Below, one piece after another: positions 46,851 through 54,903 of a stretch of DNA of 64,000 nt. The stretch is taken from positions 64,001 through 128,000 of the forward strand of contig JBFJCP010000004.1 of NCBI GenBank assembly GCA_041615815.1. Direction: 5' to 3'. Both the position numbers and the translations under genes were made by a program. This stretch comes from Gemmatimonadales bacterium (lineage in GTDB: Bacteria; Gemmatimonadota; Gemmatimonadetes; Gemmatimonadales; GWC2-71-9). Below the pieces are notes generated by a model. It was given only the letters and a program-made list of their open reading frames with translations, made no database searches and was not told where the DNA came from. Each line of letters begins with the position of its first letter. Positions within the stretch are counted from its first letter, which is position 1.

Positions 46851-47711
46851 ATGAACCAGCCGGGCGCGGGATCGGCCAAGTACTTCGAGCTCTACACGCA
46901 GTCGCACCGTCAGGCCTGGGACCCGCTCGCCATCGAGTTGGCTCAGGATCGGCGCGACTGGGAGCGGATCCAGCAGGAGCATGCTGTTGAGGCCTACGGC
47001 GAGCAGATCCATCGCCTCTGTTCGCTGTTCTTCGAAGGTGAAGAATCGGTGGCCAAGACGCTCGCTCCGTACCTCTCCGCCGTCGAGCGGGCAGGGCTGG
47101 GCTCGGACAAAGCACTATGTCTGGCGTCTCAGCTGTACGAGGAAGCGAGACACTACGTGTTTTTCGCTCGGTACTTCGCGGATGTCTTGGGTGATCTGGA
47201 CACCAAGCGTCATCTCGCGCCCGCGCCCAAGTCGGTGCTCGTGGATGCGTTGACCGATATCAGTACCCGGCTGCGTCGAGAGGAAGATCCGGAGCGCCTC
47301 GAGGTTCTTCTCGTGGAGGGTGCGGTCCGCTACATGGGCATCGCGGAGGCCATGTTGGCACGGACGGGGTACCGTGGGGCCGAGGAGGCCCTGTTGACGC
47401 GAGGGTGGCTCCCGGGGCTCCAGCAGGGATTTCGCTTGATCCGGCGCGACGAGGGCCGGCACGTGTCCTTTGGAATTCACTTTTTGCAGGAGATAGTGGA
47501 GCGGCAGCCGTCGTATGGAGAGGTGGTCCAGTCGACCTTCCACGCCGCCCTCCCCGATGTGCTGGCCACCGTCAAGCAGTTCGACGGCGAGCACGCCCTG
47601 GTCGACTTGGATTCGCTGCTGCGATACGCGGTGGATGCCGGGCGACAGTTCATGACCGCGGCGGGGTTGGGGGATGATGAGGCGGCCATGCTCGACACGT
47701 TGCGGCTCTGA
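46851..47711 (+). CDS. ferritin-like dimetal-carboxylate protein, R2-like ligand-binding oxidase (R2lox) type
   Basis: Motifs FFEGEESV, YEEARH, YMGIAEAMLARTGY and LPG...IRRDEGRH: six metal ligands in R2/R2lox spacing. No RNR large subunit nearby. Confidence 0.8.
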   Translation: MNQPGAGSAKYFELYTQSHRQAWDPLAIELAQDRRDWERIQQEHAVEAYGEQIHRLCSLFFEGEESVAKTLAPYLSAVERAGLGSDKALCLASQLYEEARHYVFFARYFADVLGDLDTKRHLAPAPKSVLVDALTDISTRLRREEDPERLEVLLVEGAVRYMGIAEAMLARTGYRGAEEALLTRGWLPGLQQGFRLIRRDEGRHVSFGIHFLQEIVERQPSYGEVVQSTFHAALPDVLATVKQFDGEHALVDLDSLLRYAVDAGRQFMTAAGLGDDEAAMLDTLRL

Positions 47712-47726
47712 TCTCTGGGGGACATC

Positions 47727-48050
47727 ATGGCGCGGATGCTGGTTCGGTATCGGGTGAAGCCGGAAGCCGTTGCGGAGGTCAAGAAAGCGATTGTAGAGTT
47801 CGTGGACGCCATCCGCGAGCGCGAACCCGACACGATCTACGGCGCGTTCCTGGAGGAAGACGGCCGGTCATTCTTCCACCTGATGATATTCCCCGACCGC
47901 GAGCGGGAAGAGTCGCATCGCACGTCGGCGCACACCGAGAAGTTCGTGGCGGCGCTGTACCGCAACTGTGAAGTGGAGCCTGAGTTCCGAACGCTCGAGC
48001 TAGTGCGTTCGACCAAACCAGGCCGCGGGTTTCTCGGCATGGGCCAGTAG
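47727..48050 (+). CDS. ABM-like (dimeric alpha+beta barrel) small protein
   Basis: VRYRVKPE...EPDTIY...FFHLM...HRTSAH..KF pattern. Confidence 0.7.
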   Translation: MARMLVRYRVKPEAVAEVKKAIVEFVDAIREREPDTIYGAFLEEDGRSFFHLMIFPDREREESHRTSAHTEKFVAALYRNCEVEPEFRTLELVRSTKPGRGFLGMGQ

Positions 48051-48083
48051 GGGGGCAAGCCAAACCTCAAGAGGGGGACCACC

Positions 48084-48569
48084 ATGAGGTTGCAGGATGC
48101 GTTGCTGGGAGTAACCAAGGGTGCCCGAGGTTGGCTCAAGGCGTGGGCCAAGGATTTCACCGATGAGGAAGCCACCGAGGGCGGCACGGCTGGTCTCAAC
48201 CCCATCGCCTGGCAACTGGGACACGTCGCCGCAACCCAGGACGATGTGTACTGTCTGTTCACGGGGGATCAGACCATCGTACCCAAGACCATTCGGGGGA
48301 TATGTGGTACGGGGTGCCCGGCACCCACGGCCGAGACGACGTATCCACCGATCTCCGAGTTGTGGATGCTGCTGGAGCGAACGCAGGACCGGTTGATCGG
48401 GCTGATCAAACGATCATCGGAGGCGGATTTCGATCGCCCGCCACTCAAAGAGAACCCCTTCTTCCATTCGATGGGGCAAGCGATCTACGAGATCGCGCTG
48501 CATGAGAACTATCACGTGGGGACGGTAGCCGCGTTACGAAAGGCATTGGGCAAGACCGCGATCGCCTAG
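48084..48569 (+). CDS. DinB/YfiT-like (S-transferase-like) four-helix-bundle protein
   Basis: Metal triad in NPIAWQLGH and HENYHVG. Confidence 0.85.
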   Translation: MRLQDALLGVTKGARGWLKAWAKDFTDEEATEGGTAGLNPIAWQLGHVAATQDDVYCLFTGDQTIVPKTIRGICGTGCPAPTAETTYPPISELWMLLERTQDRLIGLIKRSSEADFDRPPLKENPFFHSMGQAIYEIALHENYHVGTVAALRKALGKTAIA

Positions 48570-48648
48570 CGCGGCACCTCCACGGGCGCAGTCTCCAGGA
48601 GGTCGATCTACCGCACCCGTCCCCCGGTGGTGTACCATCCACACACTG

Positions 48649-49914
48649 ATGGAGCTCGAACTCTCGTCACGGGACCGCGCCATGCTCGCGGGCGACCTCG
48701 GGCCCGCGTCGCGGCTGGCCATGCGCATTCTCGTCAGGATGGCAGCCATTTGGCGGGCCGCGTCGTTGTTGGACATCACCGGCGCCCACATCGACAGCGC
48801 GTTGTACGTAGGTGACGCCACCCTGGAGTATGCCGAGCACCTCGCCGAGCTCGGGGCCCGCGTCGCCGTCCCTACCACCCTCAATGTGAGTGGCGTGGAT
48901 ACCGCTGCATGGCAGGAGTGGGCTGTCCCACCCGATTGGGCAGCCAAGGCGCATCGCCAGATGGTGGCATACGAGGCCATGGGCTGCCGCAGTACCTGGA
49001 CGTGCGCGCCCTACCAATCCGAACCGCGGCCGGCGTTCGGCGATCAGATCGCGTGGGGCGAATCCAGTGCCATCGTGTTTGCCAACTCGGTACTGGGCGC
49101 ACGAACGGAGCGATACCCCGACCTCCTCGACATCTGCGCCGCCATCACCGGACGCGTTCCGGCCGTCGGCCTCCATCTCACCGAGCACCGAGCCGGAACG
49201 GTCCTCATCCGCCTCGCGGAGCTTTCGGAGCGTATTCAACAGGACGACGCCTTTTTTCCAGTGCTCGGCCATCTGGTGGGGAGCGCGGTGCAGGGTGGGG
49301 TGCCCGTCTTGGCAGGTCTGGCCACCCACCCCACCGAGGATCAGCTCAAGGCGCTGGGCGCGGCCATGGCCTCCTCAGGCGCCGTCGCCCTCTTTCATGT
49401 GGTTGGCGTAACCCCCGAGGCCACGACCCAGGCTGCCGCGTTCCACGGCATGGCGCCGCCGCGGGAAATCACGGTCTCGCTCGCCGATTTGCGGGATGCG
49501 CGCCGCGACTTGGACACGGCCCACGGAGCGAAACTGGACATGGTCGTGCTCGGCAGCCCCCATTTCTCGTTCACCGAATTCCAACGTCTTGCGGAGTTGG
49601 TGGCGGGGACCACCCGGCACCCAGCGGTGCGCGTGCTGATCACGACGGGTCGCGGCGTGAAGCTGATGGCGGAGCGCGCCGGATTGCTGGAGCCGTTGGA
49701 ACGGTTTGGGGCGGAGCTCGCGGTGGATACGTGTATCCTCACCAGCCCAATGTTACCGGACCACGTCCGTGTGCTGATGACGAACTCGGCGAAGTACGCC
49801 TATTACACGCCAAGCCTCTTGGGCCGTCAGATGGCGTTCGGCGGACTTCGGGACTGTGTCCGGTCCGCCGTGGCGGGGCGCGTCGAGCACGACGAGGAGT
49901 CGTGGCGCGAATAG
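48649..49914 (+). CDS. aconitase X, large (catalytic) subunit
   Basis: Motifs AHIDS, TWTCAPY, WGESSA, NSVLGART, LGSPH, DTC and MTNSAKYAYY. Confidence 0.9.
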   Translation: MELELSSRDRAMLAGDLGPASRLAMRILVRMAAIWRAASLLDITGAHIDSALYVGDATLEYAEHLAELGARVAVPTTLNVSGVDTAAWQEWAVPPDWAAKAHRQMVAYEAMGCRSTWTCAPYQSEPRPAFGDQIAWGESSAIVFANSVLGARTERYPDLLDICAAITGRVPAVGLHLTEHRAGTVLIRLAELSERIQQDDAFFPVLGHLVGSAVQGGVPVLAGLATHPTEDQLKALGAAMASSGAVALFHVVGVTPEATTQAAAFHGMAPPREITVSLADLRDARRDLDTAHGAKLDMVVLGSPHFSFTEFQRLAELVAGTTRHPAVRVLITTGRGVKLMAERAGLLEPLERFGAELAVDTCILTSPMLPDHVRVLMTNSAKYAYYTPSLLGRQMAFGGLRDCVRSAVAGRVEHDEESWRE

Positions 49915-50315
49915 GGGGAGAGCCGGTGGTACCGGGCGAGGTGAGTGGGGAGCTCCTGGTGGGTCGGGCGCCCATCAGCTTTTGGGGCGGATACGACCCC
50001 GCCACGGGGACCATCATCGATCGACGTCACCCGTTGGCGGGTACCGTGGCGAGCGGACGCATTCTCGCCATCCCCGGGACGAGGGGCTCCAGCACGACAA
50101 CCGCCATCCTGCTGGAAGCCATTCGGGCTGGCACGGCTCCCGCCGCGATCGTGACGGCGGGCGTCGATGGGTTCGTAGCTCTCGCCGCCATCGTGGCCGA
50201 GGAGCTCTTTGATCGGACCATCGCGGTGGTGGCGCTGGAGCCCACGGCGTTCGCGGCGCTCCCAGACTGCGGCCGGGCTCACGTGAGCTCCGACGGAACG
50301 ATCGACCTGACCTAG
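49902..50315 (+). CDS. aconitase X, small (swivel, DUF126) subunit
   Basis: Motifs ISFWGGYDPATG.IID..HPL, RGSS and APAAI. The GTG start overlaps the large-subunit end and has a GAGGAG RBS. Confidence 0.88.
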   Translation: MARIGGEPVVPGEVSGELLVGRAPISFWGGYDPATGTIIDRRHPLAGTVASGRILAIPGTRGSSTTTAILLEAIRAGTAPAAIVTAGVDGFVALAAIVAEELFDRTIAVVALEPTAFAALPDCGRAHVSSDGTIDLT

Positions 50316-51877
50316 CCCTCTGGACTCCGGCGTGCCGGCCGACAGGGAATCCACTGCCGCGGCTCCCCCGTTCGCGGGTCTGTGGGGAGGACGGAGCGGT
50401 CGCGCGGCACTCGTTCGGGATCTTCCGACGCCAGGTATGCCAGCATCGCCGCCAACGTCGCGTTGTTCTTGAGATCGTCGAAGATGATCTTGTCGTACGT
50501 ATCGCGGTTGGTGTGCCAGGTGTATTGCCGGTAGTCGGGATAATGAGACTGAAGGCGAAATCCCGGAGCCCCGTGACAGAGGAAGGACACGTGATCGCTG
50601 CCGCCGAACTCCTGAGGTCCGGGGAAGTCCAGTTCGATGTGCCCGCTGATCTCCGGTGGAATCTGCGCGATCCATCGGGCCACGTTGCCCGCGGCTTTTC
50701 CCAATCCCTGCGTTTGGAGGTACTCGATCCGCCACGTGCCATTGTCCTGGTTGAAGAGCACCTGGAGGTTTTGCACGATTTCCGGATGATCCTCCGTGAA
50801 TGCCCGGGATCCGATGAGGCCCAGCTCTTCACCACCCCAATGACCCACGAGGATGGTGCGCCGGGGGCGGGGGTAGGCGGTCCCGAGGAGGCGCATCGCC
50901 TCGAGCATCGTAATGGTACCGGTGCCGTTGTCCGTGGCCCCGGTGGCACCGTGCCAGGAGTCGAGATGCGCGGACAGCATGACGTACTCATTGGGAAGCT
51001 CGGTTCCGCGGAGCTCAGCAAGCACGTTGAACATTGGCACGGTACCCAGCAACTCGCTATCGGCGTGGATCCGAACGCGCGGCCCTTGATTGTTGCTGGT
51101 TAACCGGTAGAGCAGCCCGTAGTCTTCGCAGCTCAGATCGATCGATACCGCCTCTCTCGTATCGGCATCGAAAATCTTGTTGACACCCCAACCGGCGGAC
51201 CATCGTGACGTGAGGATCCCCTGGGCGCCGGCGTCCTCCATCCGCCGATGGGCCTGCTGGGTACCTCCCAGCATATTGATTCGCGATCGCCAGGTCTCGC
51301 GTAGGCTGTCTCGAGTTTCGTCGAGTCGAGCCACGGTTTCAGCCGTCGCGAGCCGCTCGACGGCCTGTGGTTCGCGGCAGCTTGGCTGCGGTGCCGAGGC
51401 GAGCACGAACTTCCCGCGGACGCTGGCGAGCCAGGTGTCCGCCTCCTGGCGGGATCCGAGTGGCGGGATGACCGCGAGGTCCGCTTCGATAGGGCCGTCC
51501 GTTCCCGGGCTCCACGCGAGAAGCTCGGCTTCGAGTGTCTGGACGCGCGGCGCGACGAGGTCGACGTGCAGAATCCCTTGCCGCCAGCCCCGCCACGTGC
51601 CGTATTGCTCCTTACGAACTTGGATCCCCCAGCCGGAGTAGGTCCTGACCAGCCAATCGGTGGCTGCCTGGAAATTGGCGGTTCCGGAGAGGCGCGGCCC
51701 GATCGAGTCCATGAGGACCTGGGCGAGTTGCTCCGTCTGGGAGCGTTCCATCCCCTCGAGCCAGAGCTGCCGGATGACGGGGTCCTCGGTGCGGAACGTC
51801 TGCGCGCTGGTCGTGGCGGGCCACGAGACGACCGCGGCGATAACGATGGCCAGTGCCCCACGGAAAAGGCTTGGCAT
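50312..51877 (-). CDS. secreted M28 peptidase (carboxypeptidase Q-like)
   Basis: Signal peptide; motifs DSIGPRLSG, AHLDSW, GATDNGTG, GEELGLIGS, GSDH and WHTNRDTYD. Confidence 0.9.
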   Translation of the reverse strand: MPSLFRGALAIVIAAVVSWPATTSAQTFRTEDPVIRQLWLEGMERSQTEQLAQVLMDSIGPRLSGTANFQAATDWLVRTYSGWGIQVRKEQYGTWRGWRQGILHVDLVAPRVQTLEAELLAWSPGTDGPIEADLAVIPPLGSRQEADTWLASVRGKFVLASAPQPSCREPQAVERLATAETVARLDETRDSLRETWRSRINMLGGTQQAHRRMEDAGAQGILTSRWSAGWGVNKIFDADTREAVSIDLSCEDYGLLYRLTSNNQGPRVRIHADSELLGTVPMFNVLAELRGTELPNEYVMLSAHLDSWHGATGATDNGTGTITMLEAMRLLGTAYPRPRRTILVGHWGGEELGLIGSRAFTEDHPEIVQNLQVLFNQDNGTWRIEYLQTQGLGKAAGNVARWIAQIPPEISGHIELDFPGPQEFGGSDHVSFLCHGAPGFRLQSHYPDYRQYTWHTNRDTYDKIIFDDLKNNATLAAMLAYLASEDPERVPRDRSVLPTDPRTGEPRQWIPCRPARRSPEG

Positions 51878-51972
51878 GCGACTATCCTCCCTGCTCGGTG
51901 GGTTCGTGAGTGGTGCAAAGCTACCAAGCGGAGGGGGCGGGGGGTACGCGTGACGGGAGGACCCCGGGGGGG

Positions 51973-52001
51973 TTGCCACAATAGATGTATATACATATAC
52001 T
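51973..52001 (+). promoter_or_regulatory. marR promoter containing the palindromic operator ATGTATATACAT (51985-51996)
   Basis: TTGCCA-N17-TATACT-N6-ATG, with a perfect 12-bp palindrome in the spacer. Confidence 0.8.
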
Positions 52002-52007
52002 AACCCC

Positions 52008-52457
52008 ATGGTGCCTTCGCGATCTACCTCATCGCTCCCAACCCTCCCGTGCGCGTGTGCGAGCCTCCGACGTGCGACGCGGGCTGTCACCCAGCTCTAC
52101 GATGCGAGACTCCGCGAGGTGGGTCTCCGCGCCACGCAGTTCACGTTGCTCCAGACCCTGCAGCGGGCCAAACGACTCACCCAGGGCGAATTGGGTACGC
52201 TCTTGGCGTTGGACTCCACGACGCTGTCACGCACGCTGGCACCGTTGGAGTCCAGGGGATGGATTCGGGCTCACGTTGGGGAGGATCGGCGTGAGCGCCA
52301 CTGGACGCTCACGGCGCGGGGTCGGCAGGTGTACCAGGAGGGGCTTGCGGCGTGGGAGGGGGCGCAGAAGCGGTTGCGTGCGATCCTCGGGCCCAGGCGG
52401 TGGGAGCAACTGTTGACGCTGTCGACGGACGCGACGCTGGCCGCTCACCACGCGTAG
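52008..52457 (+). CDS. MarR-family transcriptional regulator
   Basis: Motifs CACASLRRATRAVTQLYD, TQFTLL, LDSTTLSRTL and DRRER...LTARG. Confidence 0.93.
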   Translation: MVPSRSTSSLPTLPCACASLRRATRAVTQLYDARLREVGLRATQFTLLQTLQRAKRLTQGELGTLLALDSTTLSRTLAPLESRGWIRAHVGEDRRERHWTLTARGRQVYQEGLAAWEGAQKRLRAILGPRRWEQLLTLSTDATLAAHHA

Positions 52458-52479
52458 CGGCTTCTTTGCCGGTGGAAAC

Positions 52480-52491
52480 ATGTATATACAT
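52480..52491. promoter_or_regulatory. second copy of the palindrome ATGTATATACAT (putative MarR operator)
   Basis: Identical 12-mer located 15 nt upstream of the next ATG (52507). Confidence 0.75.
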
Positions 52492-52506
52492 CCAATCGGA
52501 GGCCCG

Positions 52507-53034
52507 ATGCAGCTCGATGTGAAGCTCCCCATTTCGATCGCCATGAGCATGGTGTCGTTTGGACTGATCGCGCGATGGTATCTGTGGCCCTGGTTGCGCC
52601 GCGTGCCCCCGGCGGACGCGCTCACCCCCATTCTCTTGTTTCACTCCTTCCGCCACATCGGGCTCGCGTTTCTGGTGCCGGGGGTGACGGCGGTGACGTT
52701 GGATCCACGATTCGCTGGGCCCGCGGCCTATGGCGACCTCCTCGCCGCCGTCCTGGCTCTTGGCGCGGCGGTGATGCTTCGGGCAGGTTGGCCGGGTGCG
52801 CTCGGGCTCGTTTGGGTATTCAACCTGGAAGGCACCGTGGATTTGCTGCACGCGGTCTATCAAGGGTTCCGCCTCACGCCGGACGGTCATCTGGGAGCGA
52901 CGTACTTCATCCCGGCGGTGGTGGTTCCCGCGCTGCTGGTCACGCACGCGGTCGTCTTCGTGCTCCTCGTTCGGTATGCCCGCGCGCGCGCGCGTCAGGC
53001 GCTCGATGCGCCGTCGGCTCAACCGGTGGCGTGA
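52507..53034 (+). CDS. conserved hypothetical multi-pass membrane protein
   Basis: GGAGG RBS, several TM segments, HSFRHIGL, AYGDL, FNLEGTVDL and VPALLVTH. Confidence 0.75.
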   Translation: MQLDVKLPISIAMSMVSFGLIARWYLWPWLRRVPPADALTPILLFHSFRHIGLAFLVPGVTAVTLDPRFAGPAAYGDLLAAVLALGAAVMLRAGWPGALGLVWVFNLEGTVDLLHAVYQGFRLTPDGHLGATYFIPAVVVPALLVTHAVVFVLLVRYARARARQALDAPSAQPVA

Positions 53035-53053
53035 GCGGCCAGACGACAGCCCC

Positions 53054-53869
53054 TCACGGGGCAGCGCAGCGGAACCCGATCAAGATGTGGCGTGACGCGG
53101 GTGGGCGGCCGTGGCGAAACGCGCAGCGACAGGTTCCGGGCGCGTCGTCCCACGAGCAGCCTTTGAGCGTGGCGCGCCCGCCGCCGAAGTCGGAGCTCGT
53201 CCACTCGAACACGTTGCCGGCGAGATCGCGAACGCCGCGCGGCGTGGCGCCCGCGGGGTGCGCCGTCACCGGAGCGGTGAAGGTCGTGTCCACATGGGCA
53301 GCATCCGGCCGCCAGGCGTCGCCCCAGGGGAACCGCCGGCCCTCGGGCCCTCGGCACGTTGCTTCCCACTCCTCCTCCGTGGGGAGGCGTTTCCCCCGCC
53401 ACGCGCAGTAGGCGCGCGCATCCTCATGAGTAACGAGCACCACCGGGTGCTCCAGCAGCGCCGAATCCGGACCGCCAGCGCGCCACAGGAACGGGGCAAC
53501 CTCGGTGTACGGGTGCACCAGAAACCCCTGCGCCCGGTACTCGGTCTCGGAGATGAACGGGGGAGGACGCCGCGTGGCACGCACGAAGGCCGAGTAGGCG
53601 CGTTGGGTCACGGGGGTCCGGTCGATGCCGAACGCCGCGAGACGAACCGTGTAGGGCGTTCGTTCCCAGGCGTCGTACCAGCGCGCCTGTCCCACGTCCG
53701 GCGGCGACAGCTCGTAACCCGCCGCCCGCTCGGCCGCGTCGCTGCCCAGCCGATAGCTGCCCGCTGGGATCGGAACGGAGTCGGGTCCCACGGGCGCCGC
53801 CTCGCGCCCGCAGGCCGTGGCCGCCAAGCCGAGGAAGAATCCCAGCTGTACACGAGCCTTTCGCATCAT
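53054..53869 (-). CDS. FGE-sulfatase (SUMF1/EgtB/PvdO) domain lipoprotein
   Basis: Lipobox-like ATA-C; motifs HPVVLV, YCAWRGKRLPTEEEWE, FPWGD, DLAGNVFEW and IGFRC. Confidence 0.88.
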   Translation of the reverse strand: MMRKARVQLGFFLGLAATACGREAAPVGPDSVPIPAGSYRLGSDAAERAAGYELSPPDVGQARWYDAWERTPYTVRLAAFGIDRTPVTQRAYSAFVRATRRPPPFISETEYRAQGFLVHPYTEVAPFLWRAGGPDSALLEHPVVLVTHEDARAYCAWRGKRLPTEEEWEATCRGPEGRRFPWGDAWRPDAAHVDTTFTAPVTAHPAGATPRGVRDLAGNVFEWTSSDFGGGRATLKGCSWDDAPGTCRCAFRHGRPPASRHILIGFRCAAP

Positions 53870-53992
53870 GCCCCCTGATGCACGCCGGACCGTCCCGCCA
53901 CTCACGGGAGCGCCGTGGCGAACGGCGTAATCGGTAGATAAGATTGGGAGCACAATTTGCGTTTTCCCCGTGAATCCTCTGGAGGAGGTCCT

Positions 53993-54787
53993 ATGTCCAA
54001 GCGCGTACTGGCTGTCGCCCCTTTGGCGCTGGCACTTGCCCTGCCGCCGTCCACGGTGGCGCAGGAGGCTCAAGCGCCAACGATGTTCTACATCGTCCAA
54101 GATCAAGTGAAACCCCCGATGATCGCGGAGTACGAGACCGCGTCGAAGGCCTTCATCAAAGACCTCGCCGCCACCGCGGGGATCGAAGGCATCCAGTGGA
54201 CGGCCGTGAGCGGGATGGAAGTGGGCTACATCTATGTGGTGCCGGTCAAGGATTTCGCCGACCTTGGGAAAGCATTCCAAAAGTGGGAAGGCGCCGGTGA
54301 GAAGATGGGTATGGCCAAGTGGCAAGAGCACATGGCCCGGAGCCAGGCGATGGTCGATCACACGGCCACCTCGATCCTGGCGCTGCGCAACGATCTGTCC
54401 TATATGCCAGAGACTGCCGCCTTCACCACGGAACGGCCCTATCGCCACTATGCCTGGTGGTACGTGATCCCGGGCAAGGAGCAGGCGATCGAGGCGGTGG
54501 CCAAGGAATTCGTCGATCTCTACAAGACCCGTAACATCCAGACGGGATGGCGCATCTACCAGCATGTGGTGGGTCCCGATCTTCCGATGTACCTCGTGGT
54601 GGAAACAGCCGAGAACGCGGCTGCGTTCGAGGCGCGTACTGCGAAGATCCGCGAGACGCTCGGCGAGGCCGGCATGCGTCTCGAACAGAAGGCCATGAAG
54701 TTAGCGCGCCGCGTCGAGATCAACGATGCGTGGATACGGCCGGATCTCTCGTTCCCACAGGAAACGCAGTACGGGCAGCGCCCATAA
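53993..54787 (+). CDS. hypothetical secreted protein with two NIPSNAP-like halves
   Basis: GGAGGAGG RBS and signal peptide (VA-QE). The two halves end in LRNDLSY and IRPDLSF. Confidence 0.75.
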   Translation: MSKRVLAVAPLALALALPPSTVAQEAQAPTMFYIVQDQVKPPMIAEYETASKAFIKDLAATAGIEGIQWTAVSGMEVGYIYVVPVKDFADLGKAFQKWEGAGEKMGMAKWQEHMARSQAMVDHTATSILALRNDLSYMPETAAFTTERPYRHYAWWYVIPGKEQAIEAVAKEFVDLYKTRNIQTGWRIYQHVVGPDLPMYLVVETAENAAAFEARTAKIRETLGEAGMRLEQKAMKLARRVEINDAWIRPDLSFPQETQYGQRP

Positions 54788-54820
54788 CCGCTACCCGTCG
54801 ACAAAACATTGCCGGCAAAT

Positions 54821-54850
54821 AGGGCAGCCCCTTTGGGGCTGCCCTTCTTT
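54821..54850 (+). terminator. intrinsic terminator
   Basis: AGGGCAGCCCC-TTT-GGGGCTGCCCT-TCTTT. Confidence 0.8.
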
Positions 54851-54903
54851 GTCGTTCCGGTCGGTCCGTCGCTGCAGCCTTTCCCTCCGTCTATCCCGCT
54901 GTC

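Noticed and set aside
46851..47711. Ribonucleotide reductase beta subunit (nrdB/nrdF)
   Set aside because: There is no nrdA/E or nrdH/I nearby, and the motif pattern (GEESV, LARTGY, LPG) fits R2lox better.
53054..53869. True formylglycine-generating enzyme
   Set aside because: It has KGCSWDDAPGTCRC instead of the RGGS..C....C.RYR core, and no sulfatase is adjacent. Kept only as an FGE-sulfatase-domain protein.
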